From Planctomycetota bacterium (GTDB taxonomy: Bacteria > Planctomycetota > SZUA-567 > H5-PLA8), in contig JAHCJK010000001.1 of NCBI GenBank assembly GCA_026184295.1, positions 24,862 through 88,861 of the forward strand: DNA of 64,000 nucleotides, read 5' to 3'. The notes under the pieces were generated by a model that saw only the letters and a list, made by a program, of their open reading frames with translations, was not told where the DNA came from and searched no databases. Below, in pieces: positions 46,161 through 56,669 of the stretch (positions are counted from its first letter, which is position 1; the number at the start of each line of letters is the position of its first letter). Both the position numbers and the translations under genes were made by a program.

Positions 46161-47393
46161 TTACAGGTCGGCCGGGATGTGCTCGCCGCGCAGCAGGTCT
46201 TCCGCCGTCTGGCGCTCGCGGATCAGAATCGGTTTGCCGTTGGACACGAGCACTTCCGGCGCCAGGGGCATCGTGTTGTAGTTGCTGCCCATCACGAATC
46301 CGTACGCGCCCGCGCAGTGCAGGGTGAGCAGGTCGCCTACCTGCATCTTGGGCAGCTTGCGGGTCTCCACATAGCCGCCTTCCGCCTGCGTGAAGATGTC
46401 GCCCGATTCGCACAGCCGCCCGCCGACCACGACGTCCTGCGTCTCGCTGGGCGCGGCGCCCTGCGGGCAGACCGAGATCGGGTGATACGAACCGTACATC
46501 ACCGGCCGCGCCAGGTTGTTGAAGCCCGCGTCCAGCAGCGCGTAGGTGTACGTGCCCTGCTTCTTGACCGCGCGGACCTCGGTGATCAGGTTCCCGGCTT
46601 CGGCGACGAGGTAGCGGCCGGGTTCGACCTCGAGCTTGATCTTGCGGCCCAACTGCTTTTCCATGCGCGCCTGGGTGTCCAGCCAGAGCTTGGTAAAGGC
46701 GCCGATGTCGAGCGGCTTGTCGGCGGGGCGATAGGGCGTGGGCAGGCCGCCGCCGCCGCTGATGTGCGTCAGGTCCGGCAGGCGCGACGCGATCTTGATC
46801 AGGGCGTTGCCGACCTGGGCCAGGTGTTCGAAGTCGGAACCGGAACCGATGTGCAGGTGCAGGCCCGTGACCTTCAGGCTGTACTTCTTCGCCGCCGCGA
46901 GGCATTCGTCGATCAGTTCGTGCCAGATGCCGTGCTTGGAGCCTTCGCCGCCCGTGTTGGTCTTCTGGCTGTGCCCGTGCCCGAAGCCGGGGTTGATGCG
47001 CAGGGTGATCTCGCGGCCCGGGCAGCGTTCGCCGTACTGCGCGATCATGTCCAGGGAGCCGCAATTGACGGGCATGCGGTGTTCCACGATCAGTTCCAGC
47101 GAGGCGCGATCGAAGATGTCCGCGGTGTAGACGACGTCATCGGGCTTGAAGCCGGCCTTGAGCGCGCGGTGGATCTCGCCGGCGCTCACCGCGTCCACCA
47201 CGACGCCGCGCTTGCGCATCAGCGAGAGGATCGCGATGTTCGAACAGGCCTTCTGGGCAAAGCGGATGACGGGGAAGCCCTTCAGGTCCGCGATGCGCTG
47301 TTCGATGATCGCGCGATCGTAGACGAACACGGGAGTGCCAAAGTCGCGGGCAAGCGCCTTAATCTCGACGCCGCCGATGTGAGTCTGAAGCAC
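46161..47393 (-). CDS. Orn/DAP/Arg decarboxylase family 2 (diaminopimelate decarboxylase-like)
   Basis: PLP-lysine region (FAQKACSN), GGGLP and C-terminal beta-domain. About 410 aa, as for LysA. Confidence 0.8.
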   Translation of the reverse strand: MLQTHIGGVEIKALARDFGTPVFVYDRAIIEQRIADLKGFPVIRFAQKACSNIAILSLMRKRGVVVDAVSAGEIHRALKAGFKPDDVVYTADIFDRASLELIVEHRMPVNCGSLDMIAQYGERCPGREITLRINPGFGHGHSQKTNTGGEGSKHGIWHELIDECLAAAKKYSLKVTGLHLHIGSGSDFEHLAQVGNALIKIASRLPDLTHISGGGGLPTPYRPADKPLDIGAFTKLWLDTQARMEKQLGRKIKLEVEPGRYLVAEAGNLITEVRAVKKQGTYTYALLDAGFNNLARPVMYGSYHPISVCPQGAAPSETQDVVVGGRLCESGDIFTQAEGGYVETRKLPKMQVGDLLTLHCAGAYGFVMGSNYNTMPLAPEVLVSNGKPILIRERQTAEDLLRGEHIPADL

Positions 47394-47547
47394 GGAGTTC
47401 TCCTCTTCGGGTGCAAAAGGCCAAATTTTGAAAGCATGAGGGCAAAAGTCAAACGCATGGAGTGCACGCTGTGCGTGGCTTTTGGTCGGATGAAGGAAAG
47501 GGGGAAGTACCGTCAGAGGGCGAGGGGCGTCAGGTCGGAACAGGGCC

Positions 47548-48003
47548 TCAGCCGCGCCATTCGCCGATGCCGTTCCATTTGTACTCGAGATCGCGCGCGA
47601 CGGCGGGGCCCATGACGCTGCGGAGTTCGTCGCAGACGGCCACCATGCCGGGGTTCCCGAACTTCTCGTTGAGTTCCTTGCCGATCTCCTGGACTTCGGG
47701 GTCGCCCAGACCGCCGGTGGTGGCTTGAATCTTGCAGAGCCGCGTGAGGTACGGTTTCAGTTCCGGATCCAGAATGGGCTGCGGCTTTTGCGAGGGCGAC
47801 GAGGCGCCCGAGTGGAATTGTGCTTGGAGCAGACTCGCCTGATGCGCGGCCCGGTTGCGGTCCCGCTTTTCCATGCCTCTGGGGCCGATCAACTCGCGCA
47901 GTTGTTCTTCCGGCGACGGCGGCTTCTGGCTCGCGCTGCGCATCACGAGCGCCACGATCACAATCCCGACGACCACCAGCCCGACGATGACCGTGCCATC
48001 CAT
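47548..48003 (-). CDS. Membrane-anchored hypothetical protein
   Basis: N-terminal TM helix IVGLVVVGIVIVALV. Small ORF upstream of the decarboxylase on the same strand. Confidence 0.4.
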   Translation of the reverse strand: MDGTVIVGLVVVGIVIVALVMRSASQKPPSPEEQLRELIGPRGMEKRDRNRAAHQASLLQAQFHSGASSPSQKPQPILDPELKPYLTRLCKIQATTGGLGDPEVQEIGKELNEKFGNPGMVAVCDELRSVMGPAVARDLEYKWNGIGEWRG

Positions 48004-48233
48004 CGAAGCGCCTCCGGAAGGTCCGTTGTCTACGCTTTCTATGTTCCAGCATGCGGAGGTCAGACGCCATGCCGAAAAACCGACGCGGGTATCCTGGGCC
48101 TAGGGTGGGGGACACCCACCTTGGTACGTCCGAACCAACATCGGCCGAAAATTCCTGAAGTTTGCCTAAAACGTGGCCGATTCAAGCACATGCACGCTGC
48201 GAAGGCGTGCGGCACTAACCTGTTAATTGGAAA

Positions 48234-49667
48234 ATGTTTACGCTGGAGGGGCCCTCCGTGCTCAAGAACGCTTACCTGGGCAAGCGCGTCACCATCATGG
48301 GGTTGGGACTGTTCGGCGGCGGCGTCAGCGCGGCGCGGTTCTTTGCCACGCAGGGCGCGCAGGTGACCGTCACCGACAAGCGCTCGGAACTCGACCTGCG
48401 CCCCAGCGTCGAGGCTCTGACTGACCTCCCGATCCGCTACGTGCTCGGCAAGCACGAATCCCAGGACTTCCGCTCGGCCGACCTGGTCGTCGTCAACCCG
48501 GGCGTCCCCATGGACAACCCGCTGGTGACGATGGCCCGCGGCGCCGGCGCGCAGATCGAACGCGAGATCAACCTCCTCTTCAAGCTCACGCCGAACAACC
48601 CCAAGCTGGGCATTACCGGCTCGAACGGCAAATCGACCACCACCGCGCTGCTGGGCGAAATGCTGCGCATCTTCGACGGCCGCACCATGGTCGGCGGGAA
48701 CATCGGCAAGTCCCTGATCTGTGACTGCGTGGGTCTGGAATCCGGGGTCCCGCTGGTGCTTGAACTCTCGTCTTTCATGCTCGAAGGCATGCGCGAACTC
48801 GAAGAGAGCCCCCACATCGCCATTGTCACGAACCTCTCGCCGAACCACCTCGACCGCCACGTTACCTTGGAAGCGTACTACCACGCCAAGCGCGCGATCC
48901 TGGATTACCAGAACCCCGAAGACACCGTGGTGCTCAACGCCGACGACCCCGAACTGAGCCAGTGGGGCGCGTACGCGCGCGGGAAGGTGATCTGGTTCAG
49001 CACGCAGGGCGAACCCGAAGGCGACGCCGCGTTCCTGGACGGCGCGAAGTTGATCGTGCGCATCGGCGGGGAAGAGGAAGTTGTCGCCCTGCGCCAGACC
49101 TTGCGGCTGCCGGGTTCGCACAACGTGGCGAACGCGCTGGCCGCCAGCGCCGCGGCCCTGGCCCACGGCGTCAAGCCCTGGCAGATCGCGGAAGCACTCG
49201 CGACCTTCAACGGCCTGCCGCACCGCCTGGAAATGGTCGCCCGAACGCCCGACAACGTGACCTACTTCAACGACTCCATTGCCACGACGCCCGAATCGGC
49301 CATCTGCGCGCTCGAATCCTTCGAAGGCCCGATCACGCTCATCGCCGGCGGCTACGACAAGGGCACGCCCTTCGACGAACTCGGCCGCGCCATCGCGCGC
49401 AAGGCCCGCCGCGTGGTCCTGCTCGGCGCGACGGCCGCGAAGATCGAAGAATGCATCGCCCGGGCCAGCGGCGAACTGATGCGCGGCCCGAACATCCTGC
49501 GCGCCCGCAACCTGGAAGACGCGATGAAGGTGGTCAAGGAAGGCGCGGTCCCCGGCGAAGTGGTCCTGCTCTCGCCCGCCTGCGCCAGCTACGACCAGTT
49601 CCGGAACTTCCAGGAACGCGGCGACCTCTTCAAAATCCTCGCGCGCCGGATGGCTCAGGCGAGCTGA
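48234..49667 (+). CDS. murD: UDP-N-acetylmuramoyl-L-alanine--D-glutamate ligase
   Basis: Mur ligase ATP-binding motif GITGSNGKSTTTALLGEML. N-terminal Rossmann VTIMGLGLFGGG. About 470 aa. Confidence 0.85.
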   Translation: MFTLEGPSVLKNAYLGKRVTIMGLGLFGGGVSAARFFATQGAQVTVTDKRSELDLRPSVEALTDLPIRYVLGKHESQDFRSADLVVVNPGVPMDNPLVTMARGAGAQIEREINLLFKLTPNNPKLGITGSNGKSTTTALLGEMLRIFDGRTMVGGNIGKSLICDCVGLESGVPLVLELSSFMLEGMRELEESPHIAIVTNLSPNHLDRHVTLEAYYHAKRAILDYQNPEDTVVLNADDPELSQWGAYARGKVIWFSTQGEPEGDAAFLDGAKLIVRIGGEEEVVALRQTLRLPGSHNVANALAASAAALAHGVKPWQIAEALATFNGLPHRLEMVARTPDNVTYFNDSIATTPESAICALESFEGPITLIAGGYDKGTPFDELGRAIARKARRVVLLGATAAKIEECIARASGELMRGPNILRARNLEDAMKVVKEGAVPGEVVLLSPACASYDQFRNFQERGDLFKILARRMAQAS

Positions 49668-49833
49668 TTGCAGGCCGTTTCTTTCGATGGGATATAGACT
49701 TGTGTGACCGGCCCGGGCTTGCCCGGGCCGCGTCTTTGAGGCGCTTTCGCATTCCCGTTTTTCTTGCCAAATTATGCCAACGTTTTGCGCCCATGATCCT
49801 TCTCTACGTACAAGCGGAGACGAGGAGAATCCT

Positions 49834-50229
49834 ATGCTTAAGATCGTGCTGGGCTCGATGCTCATGATGCTGGCCGTCGGACTTTCGCCTCGCGCTTTCG
49901 CGGCCAACGCGGACGCGGGCAAGCAGATCGACGACCACACCTGGCAGGGGCGCGTCTCCATCGAGCAGGACGTGCCGCGCATCTCGGTGAACAACAAGAT
50001 CCTCAAGCTGGTGCTCTCGGACAAGGCCGATCAGAACGCCAAGGACACCTTTAAAGACCCGTCCAAGTTCAAGGTCAAGGGCCACGGCTTTATGAAGGCC
50101 ACCGTCACCGGCGCGCTGCAGAAGGACAAGGAAGGCAGCGAGTTCCTCCTCGTGGACACGATCAAACTCGAAGCGCCCCCCGAGAACCCCAAGAAGCCCG
50201 CCGACAAGAAAAAGAAGAAGAACGGCTAG
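49834..50229 (+). CDS. Small secreted lysine-rich protein
   Basis: RBS ggagacgaggag. Signal peptide MLKIVLGSMLMMLAVGLSPRAFA. Confidence 0.55.
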   Translation: MLKIVLGSMLMMLAVGLSPRAFAANADAGKQIDDHTWQGRVSIEQDVPRISVNNKILKLVLSDKADQNAKDTFKDPSKFKVKGHGFMKATVTGALQKDKEGSEFLLVDTIKLEAPPENPKKPADKKKKKNG

Positions 50230-50304
50230 CGCAGGCAGACCGTAGTTCACCCAACGCCCTTCGCCGTCCCTTAACGTTCAAAGAGGGGCGGCGAAGCCGT
50301 TCCA

Positions 50305-50400
50305 CCCCTGACCCCTGAATCCTGATTCCTGACCCCTGCCGTTCGAAGCCGCTCCATCCCTTACCCCTAAATCCTGATCCCTGACCCCTGCCGTTCGAAG
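50305..50400. repeat. Heptamer-repeat arrays (two direct copies of ..cctga..cccctgccgttcgaag) overlapping the last codons of the GH4 gene
   Basis: cccctgacccctgaatcctgattcctgacccctgccgttcgaag ... cccctaaatcctgatccctgacccctgccgttcgaag. The GH4 C-terminal residues GSGIRI are encoded by the array. Confidence 0.75.
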
Positions 50401-51722
50401 TTCGGCAACCACTCCCGGTTCCGCTCGATCATCTCGGCCAGCATCGCGCGGGCGTCGGTGACGCGGCGGACGAGCGGGTCGCTGGCGAGCAGTCGCACGC
50501 AGCGTTCGAAGTCGCCCGTCAGCGCCGCCTCGATGCTCGCTTCCTGACGCAGGATGTGCGGGCGCACGATCGCGTCGAGCGCCGCCGGGAAGGGCTGGCC
50601 GATGGTCATGGGGTGCACGCCCAGGCGGTCCACGCGGCAGAGCGTCTCCAGGTTGGCCCGCGCGGGCAGCTCCGGAATCTGACCGACGTTCTCGACGTTG
50701 AGCGTCGTGACGTAGACTCCGTGGCCTTCCAGCGCGTCGATCATCTGAATTACCGGCGCATGCGTGTCGGGAATCGTCAGGCGCTCGGGCGCCTGGGTCA
50801 TGTGCAGCGTGCGTTCGCGTCCGCGCTCGCGCCCGCGGCGACGGTCCTCGATGGTCGTGCGCGCGATCCCGTAACGTTCCATCTCGGCCTTATCGGTGAT
50901 GAAGTGCGCGAAGTTTTCCACCATATGGCGGTCGCCGATGCCCGGCAGGTGCCCGTATTCCTTCCAGAGCGCGAAGCCCGCGCGCGTCCCGACGCCGATG
51001 TTCAGGTGGCTGTCGTGGCTCGCGCCGGCATCCTGCGCCGAAAGGTCGCTGCGGCAGAGCCCTCGCTCGCGCAGCATTTCGATGCCGTCGCGCCCGCCGA
51101 TCTTGAGCTGCAGGAGCCACGGGCAGTGGTCGATGCCCGCGGTGACGAACTGGACGTCGTGGGCGGGATCGTGCCCGAGCAGCCGCGCGAGGTAATCGAC
51201 GTGTTCGACGACGCCCTGGCAGAGCCCCGCGGCCTTGATGCGGGTGTGCTTGGTCACCGCGCGAGTCAGCGGCGAGAGCGGGTTCGAGAGATTCAGCAGC
51301 CAGGCGTGCGGGCAGTACTGTTCCATCTTCAGCCCGAGATCGACGAGCACCGGGACGTTGCGCAGCGCGCGCGACATGCCGCCGGGGCCGACGGTATCGC
51401 CGACGGTGTGGTAGATGCCGAACTTTTCGGGCACCTCCAGGTCCGCGCGCATCGCCTCCAGACCGCCGGTGGAGATCGTCAGCGAGACGTAGTCCGCGCC
51501 GTCAAGGGCCTCGCGAAGGTCCGTCGTGCGCGAAACCGCCACGCCGGACTTCAGGTGGCGCTTCAAGGCCAGCGCGAGCGCGAAGATCTCCTCCGCGGCG
51601 CGCGCGTCGGCGTCCATGACGACGACCGAATGCTCCTGGAAGGTGGGCGTCTTGAGCAGCCGCCCCAGAATGGAAGGCATCCAGAGGTAACTGCCGCCTC
51701 CGACGAACGCGATCTTGGCCAT
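50367..51722 (-). CDS. Glycoside hydrolase family 4 (NAD+/Mn2+-dependent glycosidase)
   Basis: N-terminal MAKIAFVGGGSYLW NAD-binding motif. GH4-typical length of 451 aa and internal Cys/His region. The 5' extension of ORF 50367..52529 is spurious. Confidence 0.8.
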   Translation of the reverse strand: MAKIAFVGGGSYLWMPSILGRLLKTPTFQEHSVVVMDADARAAEEIFALALALKRHLKSGVAVSRTTDLREALDGADYVSLTISTGGLEAMRADLEVPEKFGIYHTVGDTVGPGGMSRALRNVPVLVDLGLKMEQYCPHAWLLNLSNPLSPLTRAVTKHTRIKAAGLCQGVVEHVDYLARLLGHDPAHDVQFVTAGIDHCPWLLQLKIGGRDGIEMLRERGLCRSDLSAQDAGASHDSHLNIGVGTRAGFALWKEYGHLPGIGDRHMVENFAHFITDKAEMERYGIARTTIEDRRRGRERGRERTLHMTQAPERLTIPDTHAPVIQMIDALEGHGVYVTTLNVENVGQIPELPARANLETLCRVDRLGVHPMTIGQPFPAALDAIVRPHILRQEASIEAALTGDFERCVRLLASDPLVRRVTDARAMLAEMIERNREWLPNFERQGSGIRI

Positions 51723-51839
51723 GGCGCGGGCTCCTGGGGTGTTGGGTTCCGTCCTCCCAAAGGTACGCCGCGCCGCCGCGCCGGGCGTTGCGATTAGCGC
51801 CCGGGGATTTATTATTTTCAACCGGACCGGGAGCGCGCC

Positions 51840-52712
51840 ATGCGACGCTGGAATCCGCCGTGGGAGATCAAGCAGGCCTTCAAGGCCGGCCTCGCCGTCG
51901 TTCAGCATAAAAAGAAGGGCCGCCAGGGCACCGTCGGCCCGTGCACCTCCGCCGCGGACGAATGCTACGCCGTCGTCCAGGGCGACCTGGAAGGCTTCGA
52001 CGGCCGGCGCTGGGGCCCGATGCCGGCGCGTTCCCTGGCCTGGTTCCCACGCGACCGGCGCTACGGCATCCGCGCGCGCCTCGGCTACGCCGGCCCCGTG
52101 CGCATCGTCAGCATCCTCTTTAAGGCGCCGCCGGGCTTCGGAAGCGGCCTGCCGCGCGGCCCCGTGCGCCTGCCCGCGCCGTGGTGGCGGCGCTTCCTGG
52201 AACTCGAAGCAAGCTGCGACTACGACGAACGCGGCCAGCGCACGCTCGCCGTGGCCGACCTCGCCGCCTTCATCGAACGGCTCGCGCGCGCCCTCGCGCC
52301 CGGCCGCGCGCGTACGCTTCGCCGAAGCACCAAGCCGTCCGCCGCGAAACTCGCCGCCGCCGAACCCAGCCGCCCCGACACCGAAGCCGAATGGCTCGAA
52401 GCGTGGACGCGCGCCGAGGACGTGATCCGCGACCGCGCCGGCCAGGGCCTGACGGTGGACGAACTCGCCGAAGCCGTGCAAGTCTCCCCGACGCAGCTCC
52501 GCCGCGTCTTCCACGCCTCGCGCGGCCAATCGCCCAAGGCCGCCCTGACCGCCTGGCGCATCGACGAAGCCAAACGCCTGCTCGCGCAGGGCAGACTCAA
52601 CGTGACCCAGGTGGGGGAAGCCGTCGGCTTCGGCAGCCTGCCGAGGTTCTCCGCCGCCTTCAAAGCCGCGACCGGCCGTTCGCCCAGCGCGTTTGCTAGA
52701 AGCAGGGGGTAG
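51840..52712 (+). CDS. AraC-family transcriptional regulator (divergent from GH4)
   Basis: C-terminal AraC HTH (LTVDELAEAVQVSPTQLRRVFHASRGQSPKAALTAWRIDEAKRLL, VTQVGEAVGFGSLPRFSAAFKAATGRSP). Confidence 0.7.
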   Translation: MRRWNPPWEIKQAFKAGLAVVQHKKKGRQGTVGPCTSAADECYAVVQGDLEGFDGRRWGPMPARSLAWFPRDRRYGIRARLGYAGPVRIVSILFKAPPGFGSGLPRGPVRLPAPWWRRFLELEASCDYDERGQRTLAVADLAAFIERLARALAPGRARTLRRSTKPSAAKLAAAEPSRPDTEAEWLEAWTRAEDVIRDRAGQGLTVDELAEAVQVSPTQLRRVFHASRGQSPKAALTAWRIDEAKRLLAQGRLNVTQVGEAVGFGSLPRFSAAFKAATGRSPSAFARSRG

Positions 52713-52721
52713 GGCGGAAGG

Positions 52722-52772
52722 CAGGGGTCAGAATTTAGGGGTCAGGGGTCAGGATTCAGGGGTCAGGGAAGG
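52722..52772. repeat. Heptamer-repeat array immediately after the AraC stop
   Basis: caggggtcagaatttaggggtcaggggtcaggattcaggggtcaggga, followed by ggagcggctgcgccgcc. The related ggagcggcttcgccgc motif accompanies other family copies. Confidence 0.7.
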
Positions 52773-52789
52773 AGCGGCTGCGCCGCCCA

Positions 52790-52968
52790 TTTCTGCGTTG
52801 CCTGGTGGTCTGGAATGCGCAACTAGTTTATATAATTAAGTTTATGTGGCAGTGCCCTCCTCGCTCGGGTCTCTTCCGAATTGGAATTCAGAATTCCGTG
52901 AAAATGCTTGGCCGAGAACATCGGGGGCGGGTTACTAGATATATAGATAGTGTAGATAAGGATTATAT
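52790..52968. promoter_or_regulatory. AT-rich island / probable promoter region upstream of the GntR-type regulator
   Basis: agtttatataattaagtttatg ... tagatatatagatagtgtagataaggattatatatg. A local drop to much lower GC in a 68%-GC background. Confidence 0.4.
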
Positions 52969-54117
52969 ATGGCCCGCGACGTCTTCTCGGTGACCCTGGA
53001 CAGAAAGAGCGGGATACCGGCCTATCGGCAGGTCCAGGAGGAGTACCGCAACCGCATCCTCGGCGGCGTTTTTCCGGAAGGCATGGTCTTCCCGTCCGAA
53101 GGGGCCATGGCGCGGGAGCTGCGCCTGAACAAATTGACGCTGCGCCGGGCGATTCTCGAACTTGAGAAGGAAGGACTGGTCCGGAAGGCTCAGGGGCGGC
53201 CCACGCTGGTCAGCCAGCGTTCGGAGTGGGTGCAGACGCAGCGCAGGGCGGTCGTTTCCATCATGATCCCCGACGATGTCTTCGAGCCGTACAAGGAAGA
53301 ACTGCTGGGGCACCTCTGCCGGCACTGCGTGCGGCTGGGGATGGATGTGCGGGTATGCCGCGAGGCCGAGGCCGGGGCGTCCCTGGAAAGCATCCCGCAG
53401 AACGGCGTGGACGGCATCTTGACGTATCCTTCGCCGCGCCCCGAGTACGCGGCCAGGCTGGAAAAGGTGACGGTGCCGCTGCTGGTGTTCGAGATGCGCG
53501 AGGACATCCCCGGCCACGCGGATCGCGTGGTGGTGGACAACCTGAACGGGTACCGGCAGGCGCTGGAACACCTGAAGGCGCTGGGGCACCGCGAGATCTT
53601 CTACATTGGCGCGCTCGTCGGGCGGAAGAACCTGGACGGGACCATCCGGTACGCCATGCTGCGCAACACGCATTTCAACACGCTGTTTTTTCGCAGGGCG
53701 ATGGAAGACGCGGGCTTGGATGCCTCGCCGGAACGCTGTCTGGAGATGCCCTTTCAGCAGGAAGGCGCCGACGCGCTCATCCGGAAACTCATGGAGGCCC
53801 GGGAGCGCCCGACGGCCCTGATCGTTTTCAACGACGAGCTGGCGCAATTCGCGATACGCGCGCTGAACCGCCGGGGGCTCACCGTGCCGGACGATATCAG
53901 CGTGGTGGGCGGCGGGCGTTTTCCCGACGCCGTGGCGGAAACGAGGCTGGCCACGGTGGCGGTGGACCGCGACGAGATGGCCAGAACCGCGGCGCAGCGG
54001 ATGCATGAACGAATGAAAAACGGCGGCCTGGCCGGGCTGGTGATCGAGATCGCCACGCGCTTCGTAAACGGCGCGACCGTCGGGCCGGCGCCGAAGAGAC
54101 AGCCGGTTGAACCCTGA
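52969..54117 (+). CDS. GntR-HTH / LacI-type sugar-binding-domain regulator
   Basis: N-terminal GntR wHTH (PSEGAMARELRLNKLTLRRAILELEKEGLVRKAQGRPTLV) plus PBP-like domain. Confidence 0.75.
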   Translation: MARDVFSVTLDRKSGIPAYRQVQEEYRNRILGGVFPEGMVFPSEGAMARELRLNKLTLRRAILELEKEGLVRKAQGRPTLVSQRSEWVQTQRRAVVSIMIPDDVFEPYKEELLGHLCRHCVRLGMDVRVCREAEAGASLESIPQNGVDGILTYPSPRPEYAARLEKVTVPLLVFEMREDIPGHADRVVVDNLNGYRQALEHLKALGHREIFYIGALVGRKNLDGTIRYAMLRNTHFNTLFFRRAMEDAGLDASPERCLEMPFQQEGADALIRKLMEARERPTALIVFNDELAQFAIRALNRRGLTVPDDISVVGGGRFPDAVAETRLATVAVDRDEMARTAAQRMHERMKNGGLAGLVIEIATRFVNGATVGPAPKRQPVEP

Positions 54118-54134
54118 TCCGGGTGAGTACTTGA

Positions 54135-55748
54135 ATGGAGAACAGCATGAGACCTGAGCGCATGAGCAAGACCGCCGGCCGCCTGCCGGGCGCCGCCTTC
54201 GCCGCCTTCGCGGCGATCGTAGCCATCCTTGGCCTCGGCCGGCATCTGGCTGCCGCCGAGGCGCCTCCGCCCGGCGGCCCTTCGGCCCCGCCGGCGCTGG
54301 CGTTCGTGGAGGTGCCGGAGGCGCAGTCCGGCCTGACGCATGCGATGAACAGCGATCCCAAGCTCGGCGAGGTGAAATGGCCGTGGATGTCGCCGCTGGT
54401 GGACGTAAACAACGACGGACACCTTGATATCCAATGGTACGGCCATCACGGCGGCGGCGCGGGCGTCTGGCTCGGCAAGGGCAATGGTGTCTTCGAATTC
54501 GAAACGACCGGGTACTTTTCGCGATGGGTGTTCGGGGGCCGCGATCCGCTCTGGTGGGATGCGAACGGCGACGGGTTCATGGATGGCATCGGCACCGAGC
54601 ACGAACCCACGGGCAAGCTTTACTTGAACGACGGGACGGGCCACTGGAAGAAGACCGGCGTCGAACTCCTGGGCGTGCTCACCGACCTCGACGGCGACGG
54701 CCGCCACGACGACCTGCTCAAGCAGAATAAGGCGTACTCGGTGGAACCTCGGCCGCGCGATTGGGCCGGAAAAATCCCCGACAAGGTGGCGCTCAAGGAA
54801 CTCTGGGACGCCGAGAAGCTCGTGGGAGGCGTGGAAGGCCAGGACATGAAGGCGCACGCGGTCGGGTTCAGGACCTGCCATGCGGCCGACTTCGACCAGG
54901 ATGGCCGCAACGAACTCGTGCTCGGTTTCAGCGGGTGCAAACTCAAAGCGGCCTTTTCCTCGGCGGAGTACCAGCAATCCTGGCTGTTCGTCCGGGAGGC
55001 CGCCGGCTGGAAGGAAGTCGCCGCGGCCCGCGGCCTTCCCGCCGGCCCCGGGCACCGGTTCCTGCCCGAAGACGTGGATGCCGACGGCGACCTCGACCTC
55101 ATCGATCTTTGCACCGGCCAATGGCACGCGAACGACGGCAAAGGCACGTTCACGGTTTCCGATAAGCGCATCTTCGATCCGGAAAAGCGCAAAGGCAAAT
55201 TCCCCTTTGACGGCGATGGCGAGATGGAACTCCTGGACCTCGACAACAACGGGTATCGCGACCTCGTGCTTTCAAGCGACCACACCACTTCCAGCGGCGT
55301 GTTTCTCAACGCCGGGGGCGGGAAATTCGTCGAAGTCCCGGGCATTCGCATCAACCGCCGCGACCGAAAATTCGGCGACGTGGACGGAGATGGCGACCTG
55401 GACATGGTGGCGCAGAGCGCGGACGGCAAAAAGATGGTCCTCTTCCGGAACGAGACTTCCAACGCTGGGCTGTTCTTGAAGGTGACGCCCAAGGCGCCGG
55501 CCGAGGCGTCGTTGGGCTGCAAGATCTGGGTGTATCGCGCCGGCAAACTGAACGAGGCCTCCGCGCTGCTTCACTACCGCCAGATCTTCCTCCTGAATGC
55601 CCGCACGCGGGGCAACGTGATGGAGAACCGGATTCACCTGGGTCTGGGCCAGGAGCAGGCCGTCGATATTCGCGTCTGCTTCCCGTCCGGAGAAGTGCGG
55701 GACCTCCCGGGCGCCAAAGCCAAGACGGTGGTCGAAGCGAAGGAGTAA
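54135..55748 (+). CDS. Secreted FG-GAP repeat / ASPIC-UnbV family protein (paralog B)
   Basis: Collinear with 42201..43736 (LAFVEVPEAQSGLTHAMNSDPKLGEVKWPWMSPLVDVNNDGHLD, GHHGGGAGVWLGKGNG, DVDGDGDLDM). True start may be an internal Met (MSKTAG). Confidence 0.7.
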   Translation: MENSMRPERMSKTAGRLPGAAFAAFAAIVAILGLGRHLAAAEAPPPGGPSAPPALAFVEVPEAQSGLTHAMNSDPKLGEVKWPWMSPLVDVNNDGHLDIQWYGHHGGGAGVWLGKGNGVFEFETTGYFSRWVFGGRDPLWWDANGDGFMDGIGTEHEPTGKLYLNDGTGHWKKTGVELLGVLTDLDGDGRHDDLLKQNKAYSVEPRPRDWAGKIPDKVALKELWDAEKLVGGVEGQDMKAHAVGFRTCHAADFDQDGRNELVLGFSGCKLKAAFSSAEYQQSWLFVREAAGWKEVAAARGLPAGPGHRFLPEDVDADGDLDLIDLCTGQWHANDGKGTFTVSDKRIFDPEKRKGKFPFDGDGEMELLDLDNNGYRDLVLSSDHTTSSGVFLNAGGGKFVEVPGIRINRRDRKFGDVDGDGDLDMVAQSADGKKMVLFRNETSNAGLFLKVTPKAPAEASLGCKIWVYRAGKLNEASALLHYRQIFLLNARTRGNVMENRIHLGLGQEQAVDIRVCFPSGEVRDLPGAKAKTVVEAKE

Positions 55749-55759
55749 CAGGCAGGATA

Positions 55760-55888
55760 CAGCCATCGGGATACAGGATTCAGGATTCAGGATACAGGGG
55801 AGGAGCGGCTTCGCCGCTTTTCCCTTAAAGAAAAGGAGCAGCGCCACGCGCTGCTCCTCCCCTGATCCCTGAATCCTGACCCCTGCTG
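55760..55888. repeat. Heptamer-repeat hairpin element after FG-GAP paralog B
   Basis: gatacaggattcaggattcaggatacaggggaggagcggcttcgccgc ... gctcctcccctgatccctgaatcctgacccctg (inverted arrays). Confidence 0.75.
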
Positions 55889-56626
55889 TTACCGCCCCGA
55901 TTCCCCGCGGTCCACGCCGGTCTTGGTGCCGCGGACCATGAAGCGGGCCTTGGCGAAGTCGTACGCCAGGTCGTCCTTGCTCGCGTCGCGGTAGGTGCTG
56001 ATCAGCGCCCAGCGGTCCCGGCCGCTCTTGTTGGGGAAGCTGGCGTGCAGGGTCAGGTCGTGGAAGAAGATCGCGCCGCCTGCGCGCACGGGCGCGACGA
56101 TGGCCTTGCTCTCGTCCACGTCTTCGGGGCGCAGGCGGTTGTTGAAGCCGATGCCGTCGCTGTCCTGGCCGCCGTGGCTGGCGTGCTTCATGTGCGAACC
56201 GGGAATCAGCTTCAGGCAGCCGTTCTCGGGGCTCGCATCGTCGAGCGCGATCCAGACGGAAAACTTCGAGGTGCCCTTCCAGTAGGGCCAGTCCTGGTGC
56301 CAGGGCGAACCGAAATCGACGCCCGCGGACTTGTAGACGACCTTGTCGCTCCAGAATTCCAGGTTCGGGCCGACGCACTGTTCCAGCACGTCGAGCACGC
56401 GCGGATCGGCGTTCAGCTTCTTGAAGAAGTCGCTGTTGAGCGTGATGCCGACGAAGACGCCGTTGTCCTTGGGCACGTTGCCGTCCTTGTCCTTCGTGCG
56501 CTTCGAGTCGAGGATGCGGCGAATCTCCTGCTTGGCCGCCGCCATCTCCTCGCGCGTAAAAAGGTCTTCCACCAGCACGTAGCCATCGCGCGCAAACATC
56601 GTCTTGTAATCCGCCGCCACCAGCAT
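55889..56626 (-). CDS. Phytanoyl-CoA dioxygenase (PhyH) family oxygenase
   Basis: PWHQDWPYW ... IPGSH ... HDLTLHAS motifs. 245 aa. Confidence 0.75.
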   Translation of the reverse strand: MLVAADYKTMFARDGYVLVEDLFTREEMAAAKQEIRRILDSKRTKDKDGNVPKDNGVFVGITLNSDFFKKLNADPRVLDVLEQCVGPNLEFWSDKVVYKSAGVDFGSPWHQDWPYWKGTSKFSVWIALDDASPENGCLKLIPGSHMKHASHGGQDSDGIGFNNRLRPEDVDESKAIVAPVRAGGAIFFHDLTLHASFPNKSGRDRWALISTYRDASKDDLAYDFAKARFMVRGTKTGVDRGESGR

Positions 56627-56669
56627 GACCGGCTCCTTTCGAAGGTTTCCGCCCCGTCATCCCCCGGAA